A stretch of DNA of 64,000 nucleotides from Candidatus Latescibacterota bacterium. GTDB lineage: Bacteria; Latescibacterota; UBA2968; GCA-2709665. Shown in pieces: positions 47,679-56,930 of the stretch (its first letter is position 1; each line of letters begins with the position of its first letter). The DNA lies in contig CAXXJS010000010.1 in assembly GCA_963662665.2 (NCBI GenBank), positions 352,001 to 416,000 on the forward strand. The letters are read 5' to 3'. The translations under genes were made by a program, and so were the position numbers. The notes under the pieces were generated by a model, which worked only from the letters and a program-made list of their open reading frames with translations, made no database searches and was not told the DNA's origin.

Positions 47679-49184
47679 ATGGCAAAGATACTGATCACCT
47701 GGATCGGCCGGGCCGATCTTCGGGCGCCCCTGGACGATCCCGTCGTGGGCATCGGGCCGGTTGCGCAGGCGCTCGGCGCACGTGAGTTCGACGCCGCCGT
47801 GTTGATAAGCGACTGGGCCGAAAACGTGTCGTCGCCGTTTCTTGAATGGCTCCGGCCGTGGACCGGGGCCGATGTCACGGTCCGGCACGAGCCGCTCTCG
47901 GGGCCCACGGAGTTCGGCGAGATTTACGAAGCGGCCGTTCGAGTTGTGTCGGAGACGCTGGCGCGTTACGGGAAAGACGCCGATCTGACGTACCATCTGA
48001 GTCCCGGCACCCCGGCCATGGCCGCTGTCTGGATCATCCTGGCCAAAACGCGGTTTCCCGCGGAACTGATCGAGTCATCCGCAGAGCAAGGCGTGCGCAT
48101 CGCGTCGGTGCCGTTCGACATTTCGGCCGAATTCATTCCGGACCTCCTCCGGGGACCGGACGAGCGCCTCGAAAAGACGATGGCAGGACTCCCGCCGGAG
48201 GCGCCCGAATTCGCCGATATCATACACCGCAGCGATGTAATGGCGCGCGTCATTTCCAGGGCGAGCCGTGTGGCGCCGCGATCGGTTCCCGTGCTCATCC
48301 AGGGGGAGTCCGGTACGGGAAAGGAATTGCTGGCACGGGCGATACACCGGGCGAGCCCCCGGCGGGACCGGCCCTTCGTGGCGGTCAACTGCGGCGCGAT
48401 ACCCGCGGAACTGGCAGAATCCGAACTGTTCGGTCACGAAAAAGGCGCGTTCACGGGCGCGCATCGATCGCGCGTCGGCTATTTCGAGGCTGCCGACTCG
48501 GGAACGCTCTTCCTCGACGAGGTTGGCGAACTCTCCCCGTCCGCCCAGATCAAGTTTCTTCGGATCCTGCAGGATGGGAACGTCCTGCCCGTGGGTTCAA
48601 GGTCGCATCGCGGGGTGGACGTCCGGATCATAGCGGCAACGAACAGGGGTTTGTCAGGAGAAGTCGCCGATGGCCGGTTCCGGGAGGATTTATACTATCG
48701 TCTGGCAGTGGCGGACCTGAAGCTGCCGCCCCTGAGAGACCGCGAGGGCGACCTGGGTCTTCTCGTGGATAGATTGCTTAAACAGGTCAACGTGGAACAC
48801 GCGGGACAGCCGGGCTACGAGCACAAGAAGATTTCTCCAGGTGCAAGAAATCTCATCATGGCTCATCCGTGGCCGGGTAACGTCCGCGAACTGTTGAACA
48901 CGCTTCACCGGGCCGCTTTGTGGTCCACCGGGCCCATCATCCAAAGCGAAGACTTGCGGGATGCGTTGTTGCCGGCGGTGAACCCGGTCGACGCCAGGAT
49001 CCTCGAACGTCCGCTGGGCGACGGCCTCAGCCTGCCGGATTTGCTGGCAGCCGTGGCGCGGCACTACCTGGCGCGGGCGTTGGACGAGACCAACGGAAAC
49101 AAGTCGCGCGCGGCCCGGCTCGTCGGCCTCCCCAGCTACCAGACGTTTACGAATTGGCTGAAGAGATACGGGGTGGATCGATAA
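47679..49184 (+). CDS. sigma54-dependent activator with RtcR/CARF-like N-terminal domain
   Basis: GESGTGKE, GAFTGA, LFLDE, FREDLYYRL, WPGNVREL and a Fis-type HTH. The N-terminal ILITWIG...YHLSPGTP region is CARF-like and not a receiver domain. Confidence 0.85.
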   Translation: MAKILITWIGRADLRAPLDDPVVGIGPVAQALGAREFDAAVLISDWAENVSSPFLEWLRPWTGADVTVRHEPLSGPTEFGEIYEAAVRVVSETLARYGKDADLTYHLSPGTPAMAAVWIILAKTRFPAELIESSAEQGVRIASVPFDISAEFIPDLLRGPDERLEKTMAGLPPEAPEFADIIHRSDVMARVISRASRVAPRSVPVLIQGESGTGKELLARAIHRASPRRDRPFVAVNCGAIPAELAESELFGHEKGAFTGAHRSRVGYFEAADSGTLFLDEVGELSPSAQIKFLRILQDGNVLPVGSRSHRGVDVRIIAATNRGLSGEVADGRFREDLYYRLAVADLKLPPLRDREGDLGLLVDRLLKQVNVEHAGQPGYEHKKISPGARNLIMAHPWPGNVRELLNTLHRAALWSTGPIIQSEDLRDALLPAVNPVDARILERPLGDGLSLPDLLAAVARHYLARALDETNGNKSRAARLVGLPSYQTFTNWLKRYGVDR

Positions 49185-49386
49185 TCGCGCACTACCCGCC
49201 AGGCAATGCATCGCCCGCGCCTTCGAACGAACGGCAAAGAAATAGAGGGAAGACAATCGGCCCGTGGCGAACAATCGGCCTATCCGGGATCTCCTGTCAC
49301 CCACAAAGAATAACATCGCAAGCGTTCGCGTTCGTCATAGACACTTCGAGTGTAAATTTCGAACCCGACGCAAACTTCCAATCCCA

Positions 49387-50097
49387 ATGACCAACGTCGA
49401 ATGGATCTTTCTGGACCTGGGCTGGACGCTCGTGGACGAAACCCGGTCGCACCGTGCGCGTCTAAGGGGCGTTTGTGATCGGTTGGCCGGGTTGGGCACT
49501 CGTCATTCCGTGGACGAACTCATGCGGTTGTGCGAACAGGCGGCGACGGATTTTGCGCCAAGCCCCTTTCGCGGCATGCTGGCGCACCTGGAACTGTCTG
49601 AAGACCGGACTCCCACCCTTGCGGATTCGGCCCGCTACGAGCACAAATACGAAGTCCTGTATCCCGGCGTTCCCAAGATTCTCGAGGCGCTGGCGCAACG
49701 GTTCAAGCTCGGCGTCATCGCCAACCAATCCGAGGGAACTGAGAAACGTCTCGTGCGATGGGGAATTCGGGACCATTTTTCGCATGTTTTCGCGTCCGCC
49801 GAGTTCGGGCTTTCAAAGCCCGATCCGGAGATTTTCCGGAGGGCCGCGTCCGTGGCCGGGTGCGTACCCGAACGCGCACTGATGGTTGGCGACCGGCTCG
49901 ATAACGACGTCGGTCCCGCGAAATCCCAGGGCTGGAAGACCATGCGCGTATTGCAGGGTTTTTCCCGGTTTCAGGCGCCCCGGCGCCCCGAAGAGATACC
50001 CGATATGACCATCCCGTCGATCAGGGGACTATCCGACGCCCGGCAGATGGGGCGACCGTACCACAACCCCGGCGCCGCCATTCGAGGGTCGGTATGA
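49387..50097 (+). CDS. HAD-superfamily hydrolase
   Basis: FLDLGWTLVD, KPDP and GDRLDND. Stop overlaps the next ATG. Confidence 0.88.
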   Translation: MTNVEWIFLDLGWTLVDETRSHRARLRGVCDRLAGLGTRHSVDELMRLCEQAATDFAPSPFRGMLAHLELSEDRTPTLADSARYEHKYEVLYPGVPKILEALAQRFKLGVIANQSEGTEKRLVRWGIRDHFSHVFASAEFGLSKPDPEIFRRAASVAGCVPERALMVGDRLDNDVGPAKSQGWKTMRVLQGFSRFQAPRRPEEIPDMTIPSIRGLSDARQMGRPYHNPGAAIRGSV

Positions 50098-51254
50098 AGA
50101 TCATTGGCGCAACCTGCTTCGAACTCAGGATTCCCTTCGTCGAGGCCTTCGGCCACAGCGCTTCGGTACGTTCCCGCTCGGACTCGGTCGTCGTGCGCCT
50201 GACTGCAGAAGACGGCACCGTGGGCTACGGAGAAGGCCTGCCGCGTCCGTACGTGACGGGTGAGACCGTCGAGACCTGCGTCAGCCATATAGCGCATTGT
50301 CTCTGGCCGGCCATCGCGGATTCAGACTTTCAGGCGCTGGAACCCGGCCCGGATCCCATTCGCACGCTGGATCCTGTGGGCCGGACACTGCCCGACGGCG
50401 ATGCCGGCGACGTCGTCGCGTGGAACGCGGCGAGGGCGGCGTGTGAACTGGCTTTGATCGACGTCCTTTTGCGCCGCCAGAAACTGTCTCTGGGAGATAT
50501 TCTACCGGCGAAGCGGGCTTTCGTCACCTACAGCGGCGTCATTACGGGCGGTTCAATCGACAACGCCGTCCGACTCGCGCGGGTCTGCGTGGAATACGGA
50601 CTTCGGGCCGTCAAGATCAAGATCGACGGGGAAGACGCACGCGACCGCGTCGCGGCCGTCCGCGAGGCCGTGGGACCGTCGGTATCCCTTCGAGTCGACG
50701 CGAACTGTGCCTACACGCCCGATGAAGCCGTCTCAACGCTCGCGGCCCTGGCGCCGTATGACGTCGCCTGCGCGGAGCAGCCCATTCCCCGTGGCGATCC
50801 GGCGGCGCTGGCGCAAGTCCGGTCTCTGTCCCCGATTCCGATCATGGCGGACGAATCGCTCGTGACTCCGGACGACGCGGAGGCGCTCATCGCGTCGGCG
50901 GCCTGCGATTTCTTCAATCTCCGCATTTCCAAGTGCGGCGGAATAGCCCGCACGCTGGAGATCGCGCGCAAGGCCGCCCGTGCGGGTCTGCACCTGCAAC
51001 TGGGGTGCCAGGTGGGAGAATCCGCCATCCTCTCGGCGGCGGGACGGCACGTGGCTGCACATCTGGACCGGGTTTCGTTTGTGGAGGGGTCCTACGGGGG
51101 CATGTTGCTGGTGGAAGACGTGTCTGAAGAACCTGTTGCGTTCGGCCGCGGCGGAAACGCGCCGTTGCTTCGGGGTCCGGGGCTCGGCGTCGACGTACGG
51201 GAATGCGCCCTGCACGCCCACGCGGAGTCCACGACGGCTCTTGGTGAGGGATAG
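50094..51254 (+). CDS. enolase-superfamily enzyme (muconate-lactonizing/dipeptide-epimerase subgroup)
   Basis: KIK, DAN, EQP and DES metal ligands, and NLRISKCGG. Confidence 0.85.
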   Translation: MKIIGATCFELRIPFVEAFGHSASVRSRSDSVVVRLTAEDGTVGYGEGLPRPYVTGETVETCVSHIAHCLWPAIADSDFQALEPGPDPIRTLDPVGRTLPDGDAGDVVAWNAARAACELALIDVLLRRQKLSLGDILPAKRAFVTYSGVITGGSIDNAVRLARVCVEYGLRAVKIKIDGEDARDRVAAVREAVGPSVSLRVDANCAYTPDEAVSTLAALAPYDVACAEQPIPRGDPAALAQVRSLSPIPIMADESLVTPDDAEALIASAACDFFNLRISKCGGIARTLEIARKAARAGLHLQLGCQVGESAILSAAGRHVAAHLDRVSFVEGSYGGMLLVEDVSEEPVAFGRGGNAPLLRGPGLGVDVRECALHAHAESTTALGEG

Positions 51255-51257
51255 ACC

Positions 51258-52931
51258 ATGGGAAAACTCGTCAAGACGCTCATTCGGATGAAGGGATACG
51301 GGCTGGCGCGGAAGCTCGACCGCGCCGCCGAACGCCCACACGCCGCGCAGAACGCCTTTCTGCTCCGCCAGACAAAGGCCAACGCCAACACGGCATTCGG
51401 AAAGGACCATGGTTTCGCCGCAATCCGCACGGAAGCCGACTACCGTCGTCAGGTCCCCATCCGGGACTACGAAGGGCTGCGTCCCTACGTCAACCGGATT
51501 ATCGCGGGCGAGCAGGCGGTACTCACGTCGGCCGCGCCACGGATGCTGAACATGACGAGCGGGACCACGGGCGAACCGAAATACATCCCCGTTACGCCCG
51601 ACTCCATGCGCCTCGCCTCCGGCTTCTCCCTGGAATGGATCTATCGCGCGCTGCATGACCATCCCACGTTCCTGGACGGCGCCTTTGTGGGTATTGTCAG
51701 CCGGGCGATCGAGGGTCGTACATCAGCCGGACTTCCTTACGGCAGCGCGTCCGGGATGCTCTATCAGCGAATCCCCGGGCCGATTCGAAGCACCTACGCG
51801 ATTCCTTACGCGGTTTCCGAGATCAAGGACTACGATCGCCGTTATTTCATTGCCGCGCGCCTGGCGCTGGCCAGGCGTGTTACGTACATCGGCACACCCA
51901 ATCCAAGCACGCTTGTCCGTCTGGCCGAAACCGCAATACAAAACGCCGATGCCATTGTTCGCGCCGTTCACGACGGCACGCAGGGGATCGATTTGCCGGA
52001 CCAGCCGGAACTGGCCGTGCAACTGTCCGCCCACGTGAAACCGGACCCGGAACGTGCGCGGGTCCTGGAGGACACAGTGAGACGGACAGGGGCGCTTCGT
52101 CCTGCGGACTGCTGGCCCAACCTGAAACTCATCGGGTGCTGGCTGGGCGGCAGCGTGGGCGTTCAGGCCCGAAAGTTACCGGAATATTACGGCGACGTCC
52201 CCATGCGCGACCTGGGCTTTCTGGCCAGCGAAGGACATTTCACCCTTCCGAACCGGGACCATTCCGCCTCGGGCATCCTTTCGCTGAACGGCAACTACTA
52301 CGAGTTTATACCGGAGGCATCGTTGGATGAACGGAATCCACCGGTACTGTCCAGCCACGAACTGGAATCAGGCATGAACTACGCGGTCCTGCTGACCACC
52401 CCCGGCGGCCTGTACCGCTACGATATTCACGATATCGTACAAGTGACGGGGTTCTATCGGAATGCCCCGTTACTGGCCTTTATCCGGAAGGGCCGCGACA
52501 TGACGAGCATCACGGGCGAGAAGATGCACGTAAACCATCTGCTACTGGCGCTGGAGGAGGTCCGCCGCCGATATGACGTATCGGTGGTCGAACAGTTCCG
52601 GGTGGTGGCGAACGTGGAGGCGCGCCGGTACGAAATCTACGCGGAATTCAAGGGGGAGGTTGCGCGGGATCTGCTCAGAGACGAAGTGATTCCCCATCTG
52701 GATCGCGCGTTGGCAGGGGTCAACGTGGAGTATGCGGAGAAGCGCCGCTCGCGAAGGCTGGCGCCGCCTTGTATTCATCTGATGCGCCGGGGCTGGGCCG
52801 AAGACGAGGTGCTGCGCGCCGCGGGCGCGGGGAAGCGGGATATTCAGTACAAGTGGCGGATTCTCTGCGCCGAGCCCACAGAGGAAGACGTTGGCGCCAT
52901 ACTCTACACGCTCGAAGCGGAGGAGGAGTAG
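51258..52931 (+). CDS. GH3-family acyl-acid amido synthetase
   Basis: TAFGKDH, TSGTTGEPKYIP, ASEG, GLYRYDIHD and GEK motifs. Confidence 0.9.
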   Translation: MGKLVKTLIRMKGYGLARKLDRAAERPHAAQNAFLLRQTKANANTAFGKDHGFAAIRTEADYRRQVPIRDYEGLRPYVNRIIAGEQAVLTSAAPRMLNMTSGTTGEPKYIPVTPDSMRLASGFSLEWIYRALHDHPTFLDGAFVGIVSRAIEGRTSAGLPYGSASGMLYQRIPGPIRSTYAIPYAVSEIKDYDRRYFIAARLALARRVTYIGTPNPSTLVRLAETAIQNADAIVRAVHDGTQGIDLPDQPELAVQLSAHVKPDPERARVLEDTVRRTGALRPADCWPNLKLIGCWLGGSVGVQARKLPEYYGDVPMRDLGFLASEGHFTLPNRDHSASGILSLNGNYYEFIPEASLDERNPPVLSSHELESGMNYAVLLTTPGGLYRYDIHDIVQVTGFYRNAPLLAFIRKGRDMTSITGEKMHVNHLLLALEEVRRRYDVSVVEQFRVVANVEARRYEIYAEFKGEVARDLLRDEVIPHLDRALAGVNVEYAEKRRSRRLAPPCIHLMRRGWAEDEVLRAAGAGKRDIQYKWRILCAEPTEEDVGAILYTLEAEEE

Positions 52932-52992
52932 CAGGAAGCAGATGTGAGCGGTCAGTTTTCAGCCGTCAGCTTGAAGCAAGATCGAAAATCAG

Positions 52993-53061
52993 CTCACACG
53001 AAGACGCCAGGACGCAAAGAGAAACAAACGAAAAGCGGGCAACCACAAGGGTTGCCCCTAC
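52993..53061. repeat. interspersed repeat copy 2 plus REP-like hairpin
   Basis: CTCACACGAAGACGCCAGGACGCAAAGAGA, then GGGCAACCACAAGGGTTGCCCCTAC (53037-53061). Confidence 0.65.
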
Positions 53062-53185
53062 GAACGCAATTTGCACGCGGGCGGACCCACGCGAATCCAC
53101 CAGGATGAACTCCCCTGACGACCTTCAGTCCGCACGCTGGTGTGGACGGGGCTATTGTTCGTGGCAAAAAACCGGCTCCGTGCAC

Positions 53186-54547
53186 CTACTCGCGCCGGTG
53201 AACCGTCATCGGCATCCCGTGGAGCGGCCATGTCTTCACGTCCATAGACGGTTCTACGGGATGGCCGGGAACAAGTTCAAGCCGATACTGCCGTATCGCC
53301 ATCGACAGCACAAGCGCGGCTTCCAGCATCGCGAAATTGGCGCCCAGGCAGATCCGGGGCCCGGCGCTGAAGGGCAGGTAGGCGTAGCGGGAGCGTCGTT
53401 CCGTCTGCTCCGGGGTGAATCGTTCCGGGTCGAACCTCGCCGGTTTTTCCCAGAGGGCCGGATGGCGCTGCGTGATATAGGGACTCACGAGCACCAATGA
53501 CCCTGCAGGAATGTGGTACCCGTCGATCTCGTCGTCGGCCGCGGCCTCACGGACGATCACCTTGATCGGCGGGTACAGCCGCATCGCTTCCTGGAACACC
53601 ATACGTGCGTATTGGAGACGCTGGACAGCCGCGAAAGTCGGCAGGTCTCCATTCAGTACCGAATGCTGTTCCTTCCATAACACTCCCTCCGCCTGCCGAT
53701 GTCGATCCAGCAGGTACCACGTCCAGGTGAGGGCGTGCATTGTTGTCTGATACCCCGCAACGAAGAGCGTTACCAGTTCGTCACGCAGTTGCAGCCGATC
53801 CATCCGCTCGCCGGTTTTCTCGTCGCGGGCGCCCAGCAGTACCGAGAGCAGATCCTCCTCCACGGGACGGTCTCGCCGTTCGTCTATACGCGCTTCGACG
53901 TATTGGTGGATGTCGTTCAGGCATTGCTTGAACCGGCGGTTCGCGGGCGTGGGGACGAACATGGGCGGCGCGATCAGATCGGCCGAACGCCGGTCGATAA
54001 ACCCCACGCAGTACTGGAACGCTTCGTCGATTCGCGACGTCTCATCGTTCAGGTCCCTGCTGAAGAGAATACGGACGATGATATTTCCCGTAAGGCGCGC
54101 CATTTCCTCGTCGACCTGGATCACGTGCTTTCCGTCCGCAAGGGGCTCCCAACGCGCAAGCATGTCGCGGATCGCGTTCACCATAACATTCACGAATCGC
54201 ATCGTGCCCCTGGGCGTGAATAACGGCTGCATGATCCGGTGCTGGCGCTCCCAGAGTTCTCCTTCGCTCGTAATCAGGCCTTCGCCCAGCAGAAGCTTCT
54301 GGTCGTCGTAACCATAACCCTTGAAATAGGTTCGCCTCCCTCGTACAAGTACGTGTTCGATATGCTCCGGGCGGGTGACCAGGTGCACCGTCTTGCCACG
54401 GATGTTCAGCCGGACTACGTCGCCGAAACTGGACCAGGCATCCATCAGATACCCGATCGGGTCCTTCCGGAACGGAAGCACGCAGCCCAGAAAGGGCAGC
54501 CCACGCGGTCCGGGGGCGAGGGTCCTGACGGCTGTTGGATCAGGCAT
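53186..54547 (-). CDS. cytochrome P450
   Basis: I-helix AGYQTT, EAMR (ExxR), FDPERF and haem ligand FSAGPRICLG. Confidence 0.95.
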   Translation of the reverse strand: MPDPTAVRTLAPGPRGLPFLGCVLPFRKDPIGYLMDAWSSFGDVVRLNIRGKTVHLVTRPEHIEHVLVRGRRTYFKGYGYDDQKLLLGEGLITSEGELWERQHRIMQPLFTPRGTMRFVNVMVNAIRDMLARWEPLADGKHVIQVDEEMARLTGNIIVRILFSRDLNDETSRIDEAFQYCVGFIDRRSADLIAPPMFVPTPANRRFKQCLNDIHQYVEARIDERRDRPVEEDLLSVLLGARDEKTGERMDRLQLRDELVTLFVAGYQTTMHALTWTWYLLDRHRQAEGVLWKEQHSVLNGDLPTFAAVQRLQYARMVFQEAMRLYPPIKVIVREAAADDEIDGYHIPAGSLVLVSPYITQRHPALWEKPARFDPERFTPEQTERRSRYAYLPFSAGPRICLGANFAMLEAALVLSMAIRQYRLELVPGHPVEPSMDVKTWPLHGMPMTVHRRE

Positions 54548-54625
54548 GGTCCATCCAACCCTTGTTCAACCCGCTCCGGCAAGGCGCCGGCCTTTGATCC
54601 GGCCCACCCAGGTTGGCCGCGGGCT

Positions 54626-55900
54626 TCACTTGGGGATTTCCGAGGTCAGAATACGGGGGTCCGCCGCGGTGACGAGCACGTTGTCCTCGATACGGACGCC
54701 GCCCACATCCCGCCAGGACGCCAGTGCGTCCCAGTCGACCACTCCAGCGAAGCGTTCGCGCCGCTCAGGGTCGTCGAGCAATGCCGGCACGAAATACACC
54801 CCGGGCTCAACGGTCATCAGGTAGTTTTCCTCCAGCGGCAGGTCGATGCGCATCCGGATGCCGCAATAGACGCTGACTTCACGCCCGGCCGTCCGGCCGC
54901 CCACGTCCCGGACGCCAAGGCCGACCATGTGGCCGACGCCGTGGGGCAGGAAGAGCGAAATGGCGCCGGTGTCGAGGACGGCGTCCGGTTTCTCTCTGAA
55001 AATGCCCAGGTCGCGAAGCCCAAGTGCGATCACGGCGGCGGCGGCCCGGTGTACTTCGTGCCACTCGACCCCTTTCCGGCAGGTGGAGATGGCCTCCAGC
55101 TGAGCGGCAAGAACGAGGTCGTAGATGGCCTGCTGCCGGGGCGTGAAACGGTCTCCGGCGGGGTAGGTGCGGGTGACGTCGGCGGTGTAGCCGGCGATGG
55201 ATGCGCCGGCGTCGATGAGGACCAGGTCGTCCGGTTCCACAGTCCGGGCGCCGGGTTCGAAATGAAGCACGGCCGCGTGGGTTCCCGCGCCGACGATAGT
55301 GTCGAAGGCCACGTCGTCGGCGCCGTGCCGGTACATTTCGGCTTCAAGTTCAATGCGGATCCGGCGTTCGCTGACGCCCGGCTGTATGGTTTCGCGGGCT
55401 CTCGCGTGGCCGGCCGCGGTTGCTCCCGCCGCCCGTTCGATCAGTGCGACCTCGGCCTTGTCCTTGCGGCGGCGGACTTCGTCAAGGGAAACCTGAAGCG
55501 CCGCCACCCGTTGATGTTCGCTTTCTACGTTGTCCACCGCGGCGCCAATGACCGCGATGGGGCGGCCTGAGCGTGTGACCAGCCAACGCGGGAGTTCGGC
55601 GACGTCCTCGCCCTCGACCGTTTCCGTGCCGCCTTCCCACAGCCGTTCGTTCTGTGAAACCGGTCGCACGAAGTGCCTCCAGCCGTCCTGCGGATCATAG
55701 GCGAGTACGCCGCCCCAACGTCTGGATCCGGTGAGCCAGTAGTATTCGGGGTAGGGGACGAACGGATAGGTCTGGTCCTGCCCTCCGGGAATCTGAACCG
55801 GCTTCCCGGCGCCGAAGAGCACGATTGGCGGGTCGTCTCCGAATGCGCCGGAAGCACGCTGCCGCCTGCGTTCCAGCACGTCATTCTCGAATATGGACAT
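54626..55900 (-). CDS. Xaa-Pro aminopeptidase (M24B)-like protein
   Basis: AMP_N domain, LIDAG, ADVTRT, HGVGH, TVEPG and RIED motifs. Confidence 0.88.
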   Translation of the reverse strand: MSIFENDVLERRRQRASGAFGDDPPIVLFGAGKPVQIPGGQDQTYPFVPYPEYYWLTGSRRWGGVLAYDPQDGWRHFVRPVSQNERLWEGGTETVEGEDVAELPRWLVTRSGRPIAVIGAAVDNVESEHQRVAALQVSLDEVRRRKDKAEVALIERAAGATAAGHARARETIQPGVSERRIRIELEAEMYRHGADDVAFDTIVGAGTHAAVLHFEPGARTVEPDDLVLIDAGASIAGYTADVTRTYPAGDRFTPRQQAIYDLVLAAQLEAISTCRKGVEWHEVHRAAAAVIALGLRDLGIFREKPDAVLDTGAISLFLPHGVGHMVGLGVRDVGGRTAGREVSVYCGIRMRIDLPLEENYLMTVEPGVYFVPALLDDPERRERFAGVVDWDALASWRDVGGVRIEDNVLVTAADPRILTSEIPK

Positions 55901-55909
55901 GGTATCTTC

Positions 55910-56686
55910 TCAATTCGTTTTTCGGGTTGCCGCTTCGCGTTTGAAGATCAGGTTCTGAACGATTCCCTCCGTGTAGTCCACCGGGCTCGCGTTGGCGAGG
56001 GTGAATCCCTGATTGAAGAAGGCCGTTTCGATCTCTTGGGCCATGTTCTTGAACATGTACACTTCGATCAACACGGTTTTCAATCGCGCATCTTCTAGTG
56101 TCCGGGGAGCGCCGGCGACAATCTTGTCCTCGATGCCGTCGACGTCGATCTTCACGTGGTCGGGAAACGGCAGCCCGAATCGCCCGGTCAGGTCGTCCAG
56201 GGACACGGACATCGTCCCCTGCCGGTTCTGCGGCGAGAAGGGCACGGCGCCTTGCGTTACGGGTTCGCCCAGCGCATGCAGCGCCGCGCCGGGGGCAAAG
56301 GTTTTAGAGTAGAAGTGTTGTATTGACGTGCGATCCGATACGGCGATGGGATAGGCGGTGATAACCTCACCCAGACCGTTCAGCAGGATATTCCTGTTCA
56401 GTTTGGCCTGGTTCAGGGATTCCGGTTCAAAGGCGAGAACCCGCGCCCGCCCATTCAGTTTGCGAGCCGCGTACAGGGAATATTGGCCGATATTTGCGCC
56501 AACGTCGTAAATCGTCTCGCCGGGTTGGAACCAGGTATCAATCCAGTCCAGGGTATCGGGCTCTTTCTCATTGAAGGAATTCGCCCGCCAGAGTTCGTGG
56601 TTTCTGGAGCTCTCGCTTTCCCCGTCTGTTTCAACGTCGATGAGGATGGCCTGTTCCCGCACGTTGCACGTAATGGTTGTGCCCAA
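55910..56686 (-). CDS. FkbM-family methyltransferase
   Basis: YDVGANIG, AFEP and KIDVDG. TTG start with GAGG RBS. Confidence 0.9.
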   Translation of the reverse strand: MGTTITCNVREQAILIDVETDGESESSRNHELWRANSFNEKEPDTLDWIDTWFQPGETIYDVGANIGQYSLYAARKLNGRARVLAFEPESLNQAKLNRNILLNGLGEVITAYPIAVSDRTSIQHFYSKTFAPGAALHALGEPVTQGAVPFSPQNRQGTMSVSLDDLTGRFGLPFPDHVKIDVDGIEDKIVAGAPRTLEDARLKTVLIEVYMFKNMAQEIETAFFNQGFTLANASPVDYTEGIVQNLIFKREAATRKTN

Positions 56687-56930
56687 ATCTGATTCCTCAA
56701 AATGGTAGTTTTCTCAGCCGTGTCATTGTATTTTGGTAACGAAAATAGTCCCGTGTGCAGGGGCAGGCTTCAAACCTGCATCTGTCTGTGCCTGGAGATG
56801 CCGTGAGATAAGGGTTACCGCTCGCGGCTGTCAACTGTGCACGTCGTTCCACGCCTGCGAACCGTCGGGACGGTGGAAACCGTGAACGGCATTATAATAA
56901 GGAAACCAACCGATTTTGCAAGGAGCGCGT

